Positions 18,091 through 27,830 of a stretch of 64,000 nucleotides of DNA are shown piece by piece; positions within the stretch are counted from its first letter, which is position 1, and every line of letters begins with the position of its first letter. The notes beneath the pieces were generated by a model that saw only the letters and a list, made by a program, of their open reading frames with translations, searched no databases and had not been told where the DNA came from. The translations under genes were made by a program, and so were the position numbers. Source of the stretch: Vicinamibacteria bacterium (GTDB lineage Bacteria; Acidobacteriota; Vicinamibacteria; Marinacidobacterales; Marinacidobacteraceae); assembly GCA_963422395.1 (NCBI GenBank), contig OY729431.1:2752001-2816000 (forward strand), in the 5' to 3' direction.

Positions 18091-19707
18091 ATGGATTCGC
18101 CTCTCCGGTTCTCCGGGTCGCAGGTCCAGCGCGCCCGCCCCTCGAACCGGCGATGGTGGGCGGGCGGACCGATACTCGCGTCGGCGTTCGCCGCCTGCGG
18201 CCTCCCCGAGCCGCTGCCGGACGATCGCGGCCTCGAAGTCTCGGGAGGAGTCGTGGAGCTCGACATCGCCGGAATCCACGCCGGGCTCGCGAGCGGAGCC
18301 TTCACCTGCCTGGAATTGGTCGAGGCATACCTGGCGCGGATCGAGGCATACGACCGACAAGGGCCGGCACTCCACGCGATCGTGACCGTGAATCCGAAGG
18401 CGGCGGCGCGCGCCCGGGAAGCCGATGCGCGCATCGACAGCGCGGGGCTGACTTCGCCGCGGCCGCTCGAATGCGTACCCATGATCGTGAAGGACAACTA
18501 CGACACCGCAGACCTGCCAACGACCGCCGGGTCGGGCTCCCTCCGCGATTCCATGCCGCCTGACGATGCGTTCCAGGTCCGGAAAATCCGCGAAGCGGGA
18601 GCGATCGTACTGGCCAAAGCGAACATGGCGGAGTTCGCCTTCAGTCCGTACGAAACACTCGGCTCGATCGTCCCGGGACACACCAGGAACCCCTATGACC
18701 CGTACCGGGTACCTGCCGGATCCTCGGGCGGCACCGCCGCGGCGGTGGCGGCCAGTTTCGGCGCCGTCGGACTCGGCACCGACACCGGCAACTCGATCCG
18801 GGGGCCGTCGTCCCACACCGCGCTCTTCGGGATCCGGTCCACGATGGGGCTCACCAGCCGTGACGGGATCGTTCCCCTGAATCTCTTCCGGGACATCGGT
18901 GGACCGATGGCCCGCACCGTGGAAGACGCCGTTCGGGTCTTCGATGTGATCGCCGGCCCGGACCCGGCGGATACCGCGACCCTGGGCACCGCCCGCGAAT
19001 CCGGATATCTCGCGTATCTGGACGATGCCCCGCTCCCCGAGTTTCGAATCGGCGTCGTCCGCCAGCTCGTGGACCCTCAGGACACCGAAGGCGAAATCGG
19101 GGGGCTCTTCGATGCCGCCGTCGCCGATCTCGAGGCGCTGGGGGCACAGATCGTGGATCCGGTCGCCATCGAGGGCCTCGAACTCGAGGGATCGCTGTGG
19201 TGCAACCCGTTCCGCAGCCAGCTGGACGCCTACCTCGAATCCCTCGGCCTTGACGCTCCGGTCGAATCCCTCGCAGCAATCGTCGAAAGCGGCGACTTCC
19301 ACCCCTCGATCGCCGGCAGGCTCGAAACCGCCCTGGAAGTCGAAGGCTCTCCCGAAGAGGAATGCGCGGCGGCGAACCGGAGGGCTCGCGCGCTGCGGGA
19401 GGAAGTCCGCGGCCTCTACCGGGAACTCGAGCTGGACGCCCTCGTCTATCCGACCTGGACCCATCCCCCCCGGCTGCTCGGAGACCTGACTTCTCCCGAC
19501 GGAAACAACTCCCACCGGCTGTCGCCTCCCACGGGACTGCCGGCCGTCACCGTCCCCATGGGTTTCGACGGAGCAGGGCTTCCCGCCGGCCTCCAGCTCC
19601 TCGGCGACGCATTCCGCGAGGGAACGCTGTTCCGGATTTCCTACGCTTACGAACAGCGGACCAGGCATCGACAGGCTCCGTCAGGGACGCCCGAGCTGCC
19701 GCGCTGA
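18091..19707 (+). CDS. amidase-signature family enzyme, probable lipoprotein (start approximate)
   Basis: VKDNYD, GSSGG, GTDTGNSIRGPS (Lys-Ser-Ser triad); lipobox-like AFAAC. Confidence 0.9.
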   Translation: MDSPLRFSGSQVQRARPSNRRWWAGGPILASAFAACGLPEPLPDDRGLEVSGGVVELDIAGIHAGLASGAFTCLELVEAYLARIEAYDRQGPALHAIVTVNPKAAARAREADARIDSAGLTSPRPLECVPMIVKDNYDTADLPTTAGSGSLRDSMPPDDAFQVRKIREAGAIVLAKANMAEFAFSPYETLGSIVPGHTRNPYDPYRVPAGSSGGTAAAVAASFGAVGLGTDTGNSIRGPSSHTALFGIRSTMGLTSRDGIVPLNLFRDIGGPMARTVEDAVRVFDVIAGPDPADTATLGTARESGYLAYLDDAPLPEFRIGVVRQLVDPQDTEGEIGGLFDAAVADLEALGAQIVDPVAIEGLELEGSLWCNPFRSQLDAYLESLGLDAPVESLAAIVESGDFHPSIAGRLETALEVEGSPEEECAAANRRARALREEVRGLYRELELDALVYPTWTHPPRLLGDLTSPDGNNSHRLSPPTGLPAVTVPMGFDGAGLPAGLQLLGDAFREGTLFRISYAYEQRTRHRQAPSGTPELPR

Positions 19708-19745
19708 CCATCGTCTAGACTCCCGCGCTGGTTTTTCCATCCGTC

Positions 19746-20096
19746 GTGCCCATCTACGAATACCGTTGCCGCGATTGCGAACGAGTGTTCGAGGCGCTCC
19801 AGCGCGTCGCCGAAGATCCGCTCGAAACCTGCCGCCACTGCGGCGGCTCCGCGAAGCGGATCGTCTCCAGCCCCGCGATCCATTTCGTGGGGAGCGGTTG
19901 GTATGTGAACGACTATGCGAAGAAGGGAGCCCAGTCGGAGGGCTCCGAAAAGGACGGGTCCGCCCCGCGGCAGACCCCGAGCAGCGAATCCGAAACGAAG
20001 CGCGACGCCGGGAAGACCACCGACAGCGGCAAGGCAGCGGCGGACGCCGCCAAGCCCTCCGCGGCCGGTGATGCACGGGCCAGATCTCCGTCCTGA
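19746..20096 (+). CDS. FmdB-family zinc-ribbon protein
   Basis: MPIYEYRCRDC...CRHCGG...FVGSGWYVNDY. Confidence 0.92.
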   Translation: MPIYEYRCRDCERVFEALQRVAEDPLETCRHCGGSAKRIVSSPAIHFVGSGWYVNDYAKKGAQSEGSEKDGSAPRQTPSSESETKRDAGKTTDSGKAAADAAKPSAAGDARARSPS

Positions 20097-20109
20097 CCGA
20101 AGGTTCTGC

Positions 20110-21186
20110 ATGCCCGGCATCCGGGCGGCGGGGGCTCTCCGTCGGAGTCCGCTCCTCCCAGCCTTTCTCCCGGTCCTCCTCTTCCTCCCGGCCGGAAAGG
20201 CCGCCGGACAGCCCGATCAGAACGCCGCCGCGCAGCAGTGCGAAGCGTCCGTCCAGGCTTCCGACTGGGACGAAGCCGTCACCCGATGCGAAGCGGCGAT
20301 CCGCGCGAATCCAGATTCGTTCGGCATCCACTACTTCCTGGGCTTCGCCCATGAGGGGCGCAGCTCCTGGGCTGCTTCCGCAGCGGCTTTCGAGGCCTTC
20401 CTCGCCGCTGCGGAAGCCAGCGCCGACGGGAGATCGCGGATGGGCACGGAAATCGCCTTCGCGGCGCGGAGCGCCGGCATCGCGCACTTTCGGGCCGGGA
20501 ACCGAGAACGCGCCCTGCCGCTTCTGCAGCGGGCCGCGGCGGCCGATCCCGAGGATCCCGAAGTGTCGTTCTGGCTGGGCATGAACCTCTTGGACGAAGG
20601 CGATCCGAACGGGGCCGAAGCCGCTCTTTCCGTGGTGGTCCGGGAGGCGCCGCACATCGCGCAAGCTCACTTCTTCCTCGCCCGCATCCGCTTCGACGCC
20701 GAGGACTACTCCGAGGCGCGCACCCGGCTCGCCGCCTACCTCGCCGCCGACCCGGAGGGGCCGTTTCGGACCGAAGCGCACTGGATGGCCGGCTCCATCG
20801 CCCTGCGGACTTCCGGGGCTGAAGAAGAGGAGACCGCAATCCGGGAAGAAGCGATGAGCCACTTCGCCGCCCTCCTCGAAGCCGAGCCCGACGGTCCTCG
20901 AGCCGCGGTCGCCCACTACTTCCTCGGGACCGTCGCAGCGGACCGCGAGGAATGCGAGACCGCACGCCTCCACTACGAACGGTTTCTCGAGATCGCGCCG
21001 AACCACGAGCGGGCGCGAGCCGTGGAGTCGTACCTCGAAGGAGGTCTCGACGACTGCCGCATTCGGGGGGAATCGCGCTTTCGCGGCTGTGCTAGTTTCC
21101 GCACTCCGTCCGCGCCGCGGTGGCGAACCGCGCGCATCCGCACCCCGGAGCATCCGGCCGCCCGGCAAGGAGACCCGTTGCCATGA
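20110..21186 (+). CDS. secreted TPR-repeat protein, paralogue 1
   Basis: signal peptide, C-x8-W-x6-C motif, TPR motifs HYFLG / AHFFLA / AHYFLG. Confidence 0.85.
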   Translation: MPGIRAAGALRRSPLLPAFLPVLLFLPAGKAAGQPDQNAAAQQCEASVQASDWDEAVTRCEAAIRANPDSFGIHYFLGFAHEGRSSWAASAAAFEAFLAAAEASADGRSRMGTEIAFAARSAGIAHFRAGNRERALPLLQRAAAADPEDPEVSFWLGMNLLDEGDPNGAEAALSVVVREAPHIAQAHFFLARIRFDAEDYSEARTRLAAYLAADPEGPFRTEAHWMAGSIALRTSGAEEEETAIREEAMSHFAALLEAEPDGPRAAVAHYFLGTVAADREECETARLHYERFLEIAPNHERARAVESYLEGGLDDCRIRGESRFRGCASFRTPSAPRWRTARIRTPEHPAARQGDPLP

Positions 21187-22232
21187 AGACCCGATTCCTC
21201 ACTCCGCTGATATTGGCCGGTGCCGCTCTCTTCGCCGGTCGAGCCGCGGCGGCTCAGGATGTGGATCCGCAGGCCGCGCTCGCCTGCAGCCAGGCAGTGG
21301 ACGGCCAGGATTGGGACCAGGTGATGAGCGCTTGCCCGGCGGTCCTCGCCCAACTACCCGAGGACCACCCGTACTATGCGAGCTGGACCCAATCGGTGAA
21401 CTACGCCTACGGGCTCGCATGCCCCGGAGCCGGCGAGGCGGAGCAGTGGGACCAGGTGATCGCGACTTGCGAACCGGCGCTGCAGGCCAACGAAGACGCT
21501 TTCATCTTCAATTACTTCCTGGGCCGTGCCTATGCCGCCAAGCAGGATTGGACGCGCGCGGCGGTCAACTTCTCTTCGTTCCTGAATGGGGTACAGGGGA
21601 ATTCCGAAGCTGCTGCCCAGCTGTCGGACCAGGTGGCCTTCGCCCAGCGGGTCGGCGGCATCGCCTACGCCCGCGCGAACGCTGTCCAGGATGCCATTCC
21701 GCTCCTGCAAGCGGCCGCAGCGGCCGACCCGAAGGATGTCGAAGTGCAGTTCCGCCTCGGGCGCGCACTCCTGGCAACCGGTGAGGAAGCAGGCGCCGAA
21801 CGGGCGCTCTCGGCCTATATCGAGGAAGCTCCCAACCCGGCCCCCGGAATCGTGTTCCTGGCCGGCCAACTCAGCTACAACGCCGGCGACTACGCCAAGG
21901 CCGACGAACGGCTGAGCGCTTTCCTCGCCGCCGAACCGAACGGCAGGGGCGCCCCGGAAGCCCATTACATGCTGGCGCTAGCCCTCCAGGGTTCCGATGA
22001 AGATCGCGCCATCACCCACTATCAGGGTTTTCTCGGCGGTGTGGGCCCGGAGGATCCCCGGGTACCGGACGCGAGCTTCGCGCTGGGAACGATCTTCTTC
22101 AACAAGGACGATTGTTCGAGCGCCGAGCCGCACTACAACCGCTTCCTGGAACTCGCGCCGGACCACCAGAACGCGGCCCAGGTGACGGAGATCCTGGCGG
22201 CGATCGCGGAGAGCGGCTGTCAGGGCAACTGA
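21183..22232 (+). CDS. secreted TPR-repeat protein, paralogue 2
   Basis: MKTRF signal peptide after SD AGGAG; two C-x8-W-x6-C motifs; TPRs. Confidence 0.88.
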   Translation: MKTRFLTPLILAGAALFAGRAAAAQDVDPQAALACSQAVDGQDWDQVMSACPAVLAQLPEDHPYYASWTQSVNYAYGLACPGAGEAEQWDQVIATCEPALQANEDAFIFNYFLGRAYAAKQDWTRAAVNFSSFLNGVQGNSEAAAQLSDQVAFAQRVGGIAYARANAVQDAIPLLQAAAAADPKDVEVQFRLGRALLATGEEAGAERALSAYIEEAPNPAPGIVFLAGQLSYNAGDYAKADERLSAFLAAEPNGRGAPEAHYMLALALQGSDEDRAITHYQGFLGGVGPEDPRVPDASFALGTIFFNKDDCSSAEPHYNRFLELAPDHQNAAQVTEILAAIAESGCQGN

Positions 22233-22502
22233 CACCCTCCGTTCCCGGAAGACCCTTCCCGCGGGTCCGCCGGAGATCCGGCACTTTCCAGAATCTCCCA
22301 TCGCAATTGCCCAGCCGGCTCCTCTGGGGGGAGCACTTGCCCACCTCGATTTCGGGCGGCGGGGCGCGGGCATCGGCGGCTCTGGCCAGCCGCTTTCCCG
22401 TTATGCTAGGCTGTTTCGTTCCACCAGTGGGGACTGGGTCCGACGGAGCGCGCCGAGCCGCAGCCGCGGGTGGTCCCCAACCCCACCGAGGAGAGTTCTC
22501 CC

Positions 22503-23606
22503 ATGCCAGCGCTGATCTTCCCTGGAGTCGTTCTCGTGCTTGCCGCGACGGCAAGCGGATTCGCGTTCGAAGCCCGTTCACCAGCAGGACTGCCGCACCC
22601 CGGGCTGCTCCTCGCCCAGGAGCAGGACGAAGCCTGCGAGGCGGCCATCGAAAGCCAAGTCTGGGAGGATGTCGTCGAGTTCTGTGAACCGCTGCTCCTC
22701 GACGAGAGTCATCCGGACTGGGATTTCTTCAAGGAGAACGTGGACTACGCCCACCAGACCATCGCCTACGCCCTCCAGACGCAGTGCGTGGAGTCGGCAC
22801 AGGCTTCGGATTGGGACACCACCCTCAGCGCCTGCCCGCCGACGGTCGACGCCTTCCCCGATTTCCTCGCCGGCCATCTGTTCCTCGGTTTCGCCCACCA
22901 GGCGAAGGGGGATGCGGAACTGGCCACCGGCTCCTTCGAGAACTTCCTCGCCGCCGCCGATGCGAATCCGGAGATGGCGGCACAGCTCGGGGAACAGATC
23001 GCCCTCGCCCAGAAGAATGTCGCGATCAGCTATCTGGCCGCCGGAAAACGGGTGGAGGCCATTCCGCTCCTCCGTGAAGTCGCGGCCAAAGATCCGACGG
23101 ATGCCGAAAGCTCCTTTCGACTCGGCTTCGCCCTCCTCCAGGAGAAAGATACCGAGGGGGCCGAAGAGGCGTTCTCCACCGTCATCGCCCTGGATCCGGA
23201 CATCCCCCAGCTTCCGCAGGTTCTCCACCTCGCCGGCCAGCTCAATTTCAACGCCGGGGACTACGCGAAGGCCGATGAACGGCTCAGCCGGTATCTGGAG
23301 CTGGAACCGGACGGCGAGCGCGCCGCCGACAGCCATTACATGCTGGGTTTCATCGCCGGCCGCGACGAAGATCAAAGCCGCATGGTGGGCCATTACCGGA
23401 GCGCCGTCGAGGGTGCCCCCGATGATCCCCGGGCGAAGGAAGCGAACTATTCGCTGGGAGTGATCACCTTCAACCGCAACCAGTGCAACTCCGCGCAGCG
23501 CTACTTCACGCGGTTCCTGCGGCTTGCGGGCAACGACTCGCGGCGGGCCGATGTGGAAGACATGCTCCTCGACATCGAGGACGGCCTCTGCGAGCCGGCT
23601 GCCTGA
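22503..23606 (+). CDS. secreted TPR-repeat protein, paralogue 3
   Basis: SD GAGGAG, signal peptide, two C-x8-W-x6-C motifs, TPRs; shares AGQLxxNAGDYAKADERLS with paralogue 2. Confidence 0.88.
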   Translation: MPALIFPGVVLVLAATASGFAFEARSPAGLPHPGLLLAQEQDEACEAAIESQVWEDVVEFCEPLLLDESHPDWDFFKENVDYAHQTIAYALQTQCVESAQASDWDTTLSACPPTVDAFPDFLAGHLFLGFAHQAKGDAELATGSFENFLAAADANPEMAAQLGEQIALAQKNVAISYLAAGKRVEAIPLLREVAAKDPTDAESSFRLGFALLQEKDTEGAEEAFSTVIALDPDIPQLPQVLHLAGQLNFNAGDYAKADERLSRYLELEPDGERAADSHYMLGFIAGRDEDQSRMVGHYRSAVEGAPDDPRAKEANYSLGVITFNRNQCNSAQRYFTRFLRLAGNDSRRADVEDMLLDIEDGLCEPAA

Positions 23607-23669
23607 TTCGGAGAGCCTGAACCCGAAGGAGAGCGCCGCCGGAGCAGCCGGCGGCGCCCACCGCATCTC

Positions 23670-24140
23670 TCAGTGCCGGGGCCGCGCACTCCTCGCCGGC
23701 TGCCGCAGGTACCGCGGCAGGAGAGGTGGATCCATCAGGGCGATCCGTTGCCGTTCCACCACCCAGATCCGAGCCAGCAGCAGGTTCAGGTACCGCAGCT
23801 CCTCGAGCGAATAGCGGATTTCGCTCTGCTCGTAGCGGTGTAACCAATGCCCGGGGAGCTCCTTCGCGACTTCGAACCAGATCTGATCCACGGCAGCGGT
23901 AGCCCGGCGGGCCGCTTCGACGGTGTGGGCCACCAGATGCAGCACCGAATCCGGTTCCAGCAACCGGCTCGAGGCCGCCAGCGAACGCACGCCGCGAAGG
24001 AGATACACGAGGCACCAGCGCACTTCGGGGGTCAGCGACTGCGGATCCGCGAGCATTCGGGGAGCGAGCGATGCTGCGGCCCCTGCCGCATCGTCGAGCA
24101 GGAGCCGGTAGAGCTCGGCGCGCAGGACTTCTCGTGCCAT
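23670..24140 (-). CDS. hypothetical protein
   Basis: ORF with coding-like composition 17 nt downstream of the ASPIC/UnbV gene; no recognisable motif. Confidence 0.6.
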   Translation of the reverse strand: MAREVLRAELYRLLLDDAAGAAASLAPRMLADPQSLTPEVRWCLVYLLRGVRSLAASSRLLEPDSVLHLVAHTVEAARRATAAVDQIWFEVAKELPGHWLHRYEQSEIRYSLEELRYLNLLLARIWVVERQRIALMDPPLLPRYLRQPARSARPRH

Positions 24141-24156
24141 CGCACAGACTCGGGAT

Positions 24157-27100
24157 TCAGCGCGGGCTTTTTCCCCCGACGCGCGGCCGAGCCCCGGGGG
24201 TGTCGGTGGGATCGTCCGACGGATCGAAATCGAGAAAACCGTCCCGTCCCCGAGGCCCGACCCGGCGCGTGTTGTACTCCTCGCGCCAGCGGGCCAGCTC
24301 CGCCGATTCGGGATACGCCCCTTCGGAGTACGGATATCCCGGCATTCCGTGGAAGGGAAGCGGTCCGACGGTATGGGGCCGGGCCGAGTTCAGGTCCATG
24401 TCCTTCCCGAAGCCGTCCGCAAAGACGAAGAAAGCCCGGCGCATACCCGGTGCCGGCTCGGAGAGTCCGCCAGCGTCGAACCGCAGCCGGATCTCGTCGC
24501 CATGCCGGGCGATCACATAGCGGTCATCCACCCCGGTCAGCAAGGGCTGTACATCTCCGTAGCGGGTGTACCCCCCCTCATGAGCGCCCCAGACATCGCG
24601 CGCCGAGCGGGTCGCATACCGGTATTCCGTCGGAGGCAGTCCGCGGGGGTGATGGGGCTCCGGATACCCGGCGAAGCGGAGCTCGGCGACGATCGGATCG
24701 AGTTCGCGGACTGCGATCTCCACCTCTTCGGCGATCTCGGCCAGCTCGATCCGGTCCCAATAGATGCGCATGTTGGTCCGGATCCGCAGCGGCCGGTCCA
24801 CCTCGATCGGCGTCTCTCCAAGCGGCACCACCATCGTCTTGGGAAGCCCCGCCGGGAACCCCATGGGTTCTACCGCAACGCGGAATCCATCCTCCGCGGA
24901 GACATCGAGCACCGGAGGCTGCGCCCGAATGCCCGCCTGGAAGGCAGCGAGATTGGAACTCGAATCGGCGTAGTCCACCCATCCGTAGAGGAGGAGAGCG
25001 TGCTGCGCTCCCGGGCGTGCTCCGTCGAAATGGAGCGTCAACGCGTGGTCCTCGGCATACCCCTTGAAAGGCAGGAGCGCGAAGTCGTCCACATAGTCGC
25101 GGTCCACTCTCGCCAGTTCCCGAGTCACTTCACGCTCCGAACCGGAGGTGGAAGAGAACGCCCGGGAGGGCGGCTGCCGCTTCCGCACTGCGAGCAAGCC
25201 CGGCGGCGGATAGGGAGGACTGGGCATGAGCCTTTCCTTCGGGAACACATCCACCTCTTCGGGATGGTCTGCGATCCAAAGCGCCGCCCGATCGTAGAAA
25301 ATCACCTCTTCGAGCTGGTTCACCCACCGCAGCTCGAAAGCTCCGTCTCGCGGAACGAGGGGAAAGGCCTCCATCTTGACCACCTCGGCGGTGTCCGGAG
25401 TGTTGAAAAGCCCTGGAGCCAGAAGATTGCCGAGCGCGCTGCCGCCGAGGAAATCCGTCACGAACCGGATCTGCTCTCCATCCCACGCGTAGAGCACCGG
25501 GCAGGATGTGCCTTTCCGGTTCAGTTCCTCGACGGAGGCGACCCGAGAGGCCGGAACCTCGAGCTCGATCTGCTTCACCCCCCCCGGCCACAGAAGCCGC
25601 ACATAGTCGGCGGCCGCCGCGTCCCCCAGCCCGAAATGGACGGGAAGATCGTTCTGCGACAGGTATCCCGAAGTGGTCCGGAGCTGGCGCCGCTGGCTGA
25701 TCGAGCCGACCCGAATCTCGACCTTGGTCCCGATCCCGTCCAGGTTGCTGCGCAGGCCGCGCGGGCGAACCGCCATCCAGTTCCCCGCCCTCTCCAAGTC
25801 GTTGGAGAAAGCGAGGAGGCGCCCCCGGGTCGTGCCCGCCACCGCGTCCAGGTCGCCGTCTCCATCCAGATCTCCCAGCGCCAGCGCCCGCGCTTGCTCC
25901 CCGGGTTCGAGGTCTGCGGGGAGCCCGGCCGCCCGGACGAACCCGGCGGGAGTGTTCTCGAAGAGCGAGATCGGGGTCTCCTGCTCATTCGTGACGACCA
26001 GCAGGTCCAGATCCATATCGTGATCGGCGTCGAGGAAGGCAACGCCGTAGCGGGCGCCGGGCACTCCGGCCCGGAGCAGGAAGGGAGACCCGGTGTCCGG
26101 TGAGAAACCGGAAGCGGCAGCGCCCCTGAGCAACAGGTTCAGCGCACCGCCTTCCGCGGTGAACGCCATATCGGAGAATCCATCGCGGTCGTAATCACCG
26201 GCGGCGGCACCCCGCATCCGAGATGCCGTCTCGACCCCCCAAGCTCTCTCCACTTCGGTGAAGGTCCCGACACGATCGTTCGAGAAGACCTGTACCGGAG
26301 CGCCGTCGTTCACGACCAGGAAGTCCACATCCCGGTCGTCATCCCAATCTCCGAAGAGCGAGAAGAGGCTGCGCCGCGCGCCGCCGTCCGTCCGGGTCGA
26401 AGCCGCGACATCGGTGAAGGTCCCGTTCCCGTTGTTGCGATAGAGACGGTTGGGGGCTCCGGGGATTTCCTCCGGCACCAGGATCGGCCCCGCTTCCGTG
26501 CCGGACCCGCCGAGCGACGCGGGAGCGTAGTTGGAGACCTGGATATCCAGGTCGCCGTCGTGGTCGAAATCCGCGAAGGTCGCTCCCACCGAGACTTCTT
26601 CGCCCTCGGCCCCGGAGGATGGCTCGGGAGCGAACGCGGCTCCCCCCTCGCCCTCTCCGTTGAGCAGCAGCACATTCGGTCCGGCCGCGGCGACATAGAT
26701 GTCGGGATCGCCGTCGTGGTCGAAATCGCCGATCGTGGCGCTCACCGCGTTCGCCGCTTCGATCCCGGAACCCTCCCAGCGTTCGAAACCGTCTCCGGTG
26801 TTGCGGAAGACGACGAGCGCCCCATCCCGGACGAAGACCAGTTCCGGAAGCCCGTTGGCGTCGAGATCGCCGATGGCGAGGCCGGATCCGAGGTCCGGCA
26901 GAAGATGCCGGGCCATCCATTCGGGCGAATAGTCCCCGCGGGAGAGGGTTGCCGGCGGGTCCGCCGGCGGATCGAGAGCCGCAAGCGCGATGCCCCACTC
27001 GCTCGTGGCTTCCCGGAAAGCGCCGGCGCCGGACAGGAGCGGCTCGGTCTGCTCCCGGTGGAGCGGCGCCGGGGGATCCTCCAGGGCCTCCGCGTACGGC

Positions 27101-27759
27101 CCCAGCTCGGTGTACTGCAACCCCGCCGAGACCCCTCCTCCCGAGAATCCTTCCCGGAGCTCCTGGAATCGCATCAGCTGCGCCCGGCCCTCCTCGCGCC
27201 GGCCGGCGCGCACCAGGACATTTCCCAGACTGAAATGGGCCGACTCGTGTTCGGGCTGTAGCCGGATCGCCGCTCGGAGCGCTTTTTCCGCCTCCTGGAG
27301 GCGGCCGAGCGCGGCATAGGCAGATCCGAGGTAGTACTGGGTCATCGAGTCATCGGGATCTCGCGCCGCAACCCTCAGAAAGGAGTCCAGCGCTGCCTCG
27401 GTGTTCCCCTCGAGCTTCTCGATGAGTCCCAGGTTGTAGTGCGCCGGGAGCCCCTCCGGATCCAGGTCGCGGGCCCTGGTGAACGACGCGCGCGCCGCGC
27501 CGAAGTTCCGCTCGTTGAACCAGGCGATCCCCAGATTCAGGTGAGCCGCCGCCGACTCGGGCCGCAGCGCGACGACCCGTTCGAATTCGGCTGCAGCGTC
27601 CGAAAACCGGAACTGCTCGAGAAATGCGACGCCGCGGCTCATCCGGGTCGCCGCCTCGCCCAGGGATTCCTGGCCGGCCGCCGTCAGAGGGCTCCCGACG
27701 GTGAAGACGAGCAGAATGTATCGCCGAACTTTCTGACCGAGGAACATTGCTGTCGTCAT
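24157..27759 (-). CDS. TPR + FG-GAP repeat + ASPIC/UnbV (CRTAC1-like) protein
   Basis: N-terminal TPRs, repeated DxDxDGDxD motifs, GYLSQNDLPVHFGLG...WPGG, then KGTSCP C-terminal domain. Confidence 0.9.
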   Translation of the reverse strand: MTTAMFLGQKVRRYILLVFTVGSPLTAAGQESLGEAATRMSRGVAFLEQFRFSDAAAEFERVVALRPESAAAHLNLGIAWFNERNFGAARASFTRARDLDPEGLPAHYNLGLIEKLEGNTEAALDSFLRVAARDPDDSMTQYYLGSAYAALGRLQEAEKALRAAIRLQPEHESAHFSLGNVLVRAGRREEGRAQLMRFQELREGFSGGGVSAGLQYTELGPYAEALEDPPAPLHREQTEPLLSGAGAFREATSEWGIALAALDPPADPPATLSRGDYSPEWMARHLLPDLGSGLAIGDLDANGLPELVFVRDGALVVFRNTGDGFERWEGSGIEAANAVSATIGDFDHDGDPDIYVAAAGPNVLLLNGEGEGGAAFAPEPSSGAEGEEVSVGATFADFDHDGDLDIQVSNYAPASLGGSGTEAGPILVPEEIPGAPNRLYRNNGNGTFTDVAASTRTDGGARRSLFSLFGDWDDDRDVDFLVVNDGAPVQVFSNDRVGTFTEVERAWGVETASRMRGAAAGDYDRDGFSDMAFTAEGGALNLLLRGAAASGFSPDTGSPFLLRAGVPGARYGVAFLDADHDMDLDLLVVTNEQETPISLFENTPAGFVRAAGLPADLEPGEQARALALGDLDGDGDLDAVAGTTRGRLLAFSNDLERAGNWMAVRPRGLRSNLDGIGTKVEIRVGSISQRRQLRTTSGYLSQNDLPVHFGLGDAAAADYVRLLWPGGVKQIELEVPASRVASVEELNRKGTSCPVLYAWDGEQIRFVTDFLGGSALGNLLAPGLFNTPDTAEVVKMEAFPLVPRDGAFELRWVNQLEEVIFYDRAALWIADHPEEVDVFPKERLMPSPPYPPPGLLAVRKRQPPSRAFSSTSGSEREVTRELARVDRDYVDDFALLPFKGYAEDHALTLHFDGARPGAQHALLLYGWVDYADSSSNLAAFQAGIRAQPPVLDVSAEDGFRVAVEPMGFPAGLPKTMVVPLGETPIEVDRPLRIRTNMRIYWDRIELAEIAEEVEIAVRELDPIVAELRFAGYPEPHHPRGLPPTEYRYATRSARDVWGAHEGGYTRYGDVQPLLTGVDDRYVIARHGDEIRLRFDAGGLSEPAPGMRRAFFVFADGFGKDMDLNSARPHTVGPLPFHGMPGYPYSEGAYPESAELARWREEYNTRRVGPRGRDGFLDFDPSDDPTDTPGARPRVGGKSPR

Positions 27760-27830
27760 TATGACCAAGCTTCGGCTGCTAGTCCGTAGCATGTACGCTG
27801 CCGGCCCCCGCCGGCTGTGGAACGGGAACG

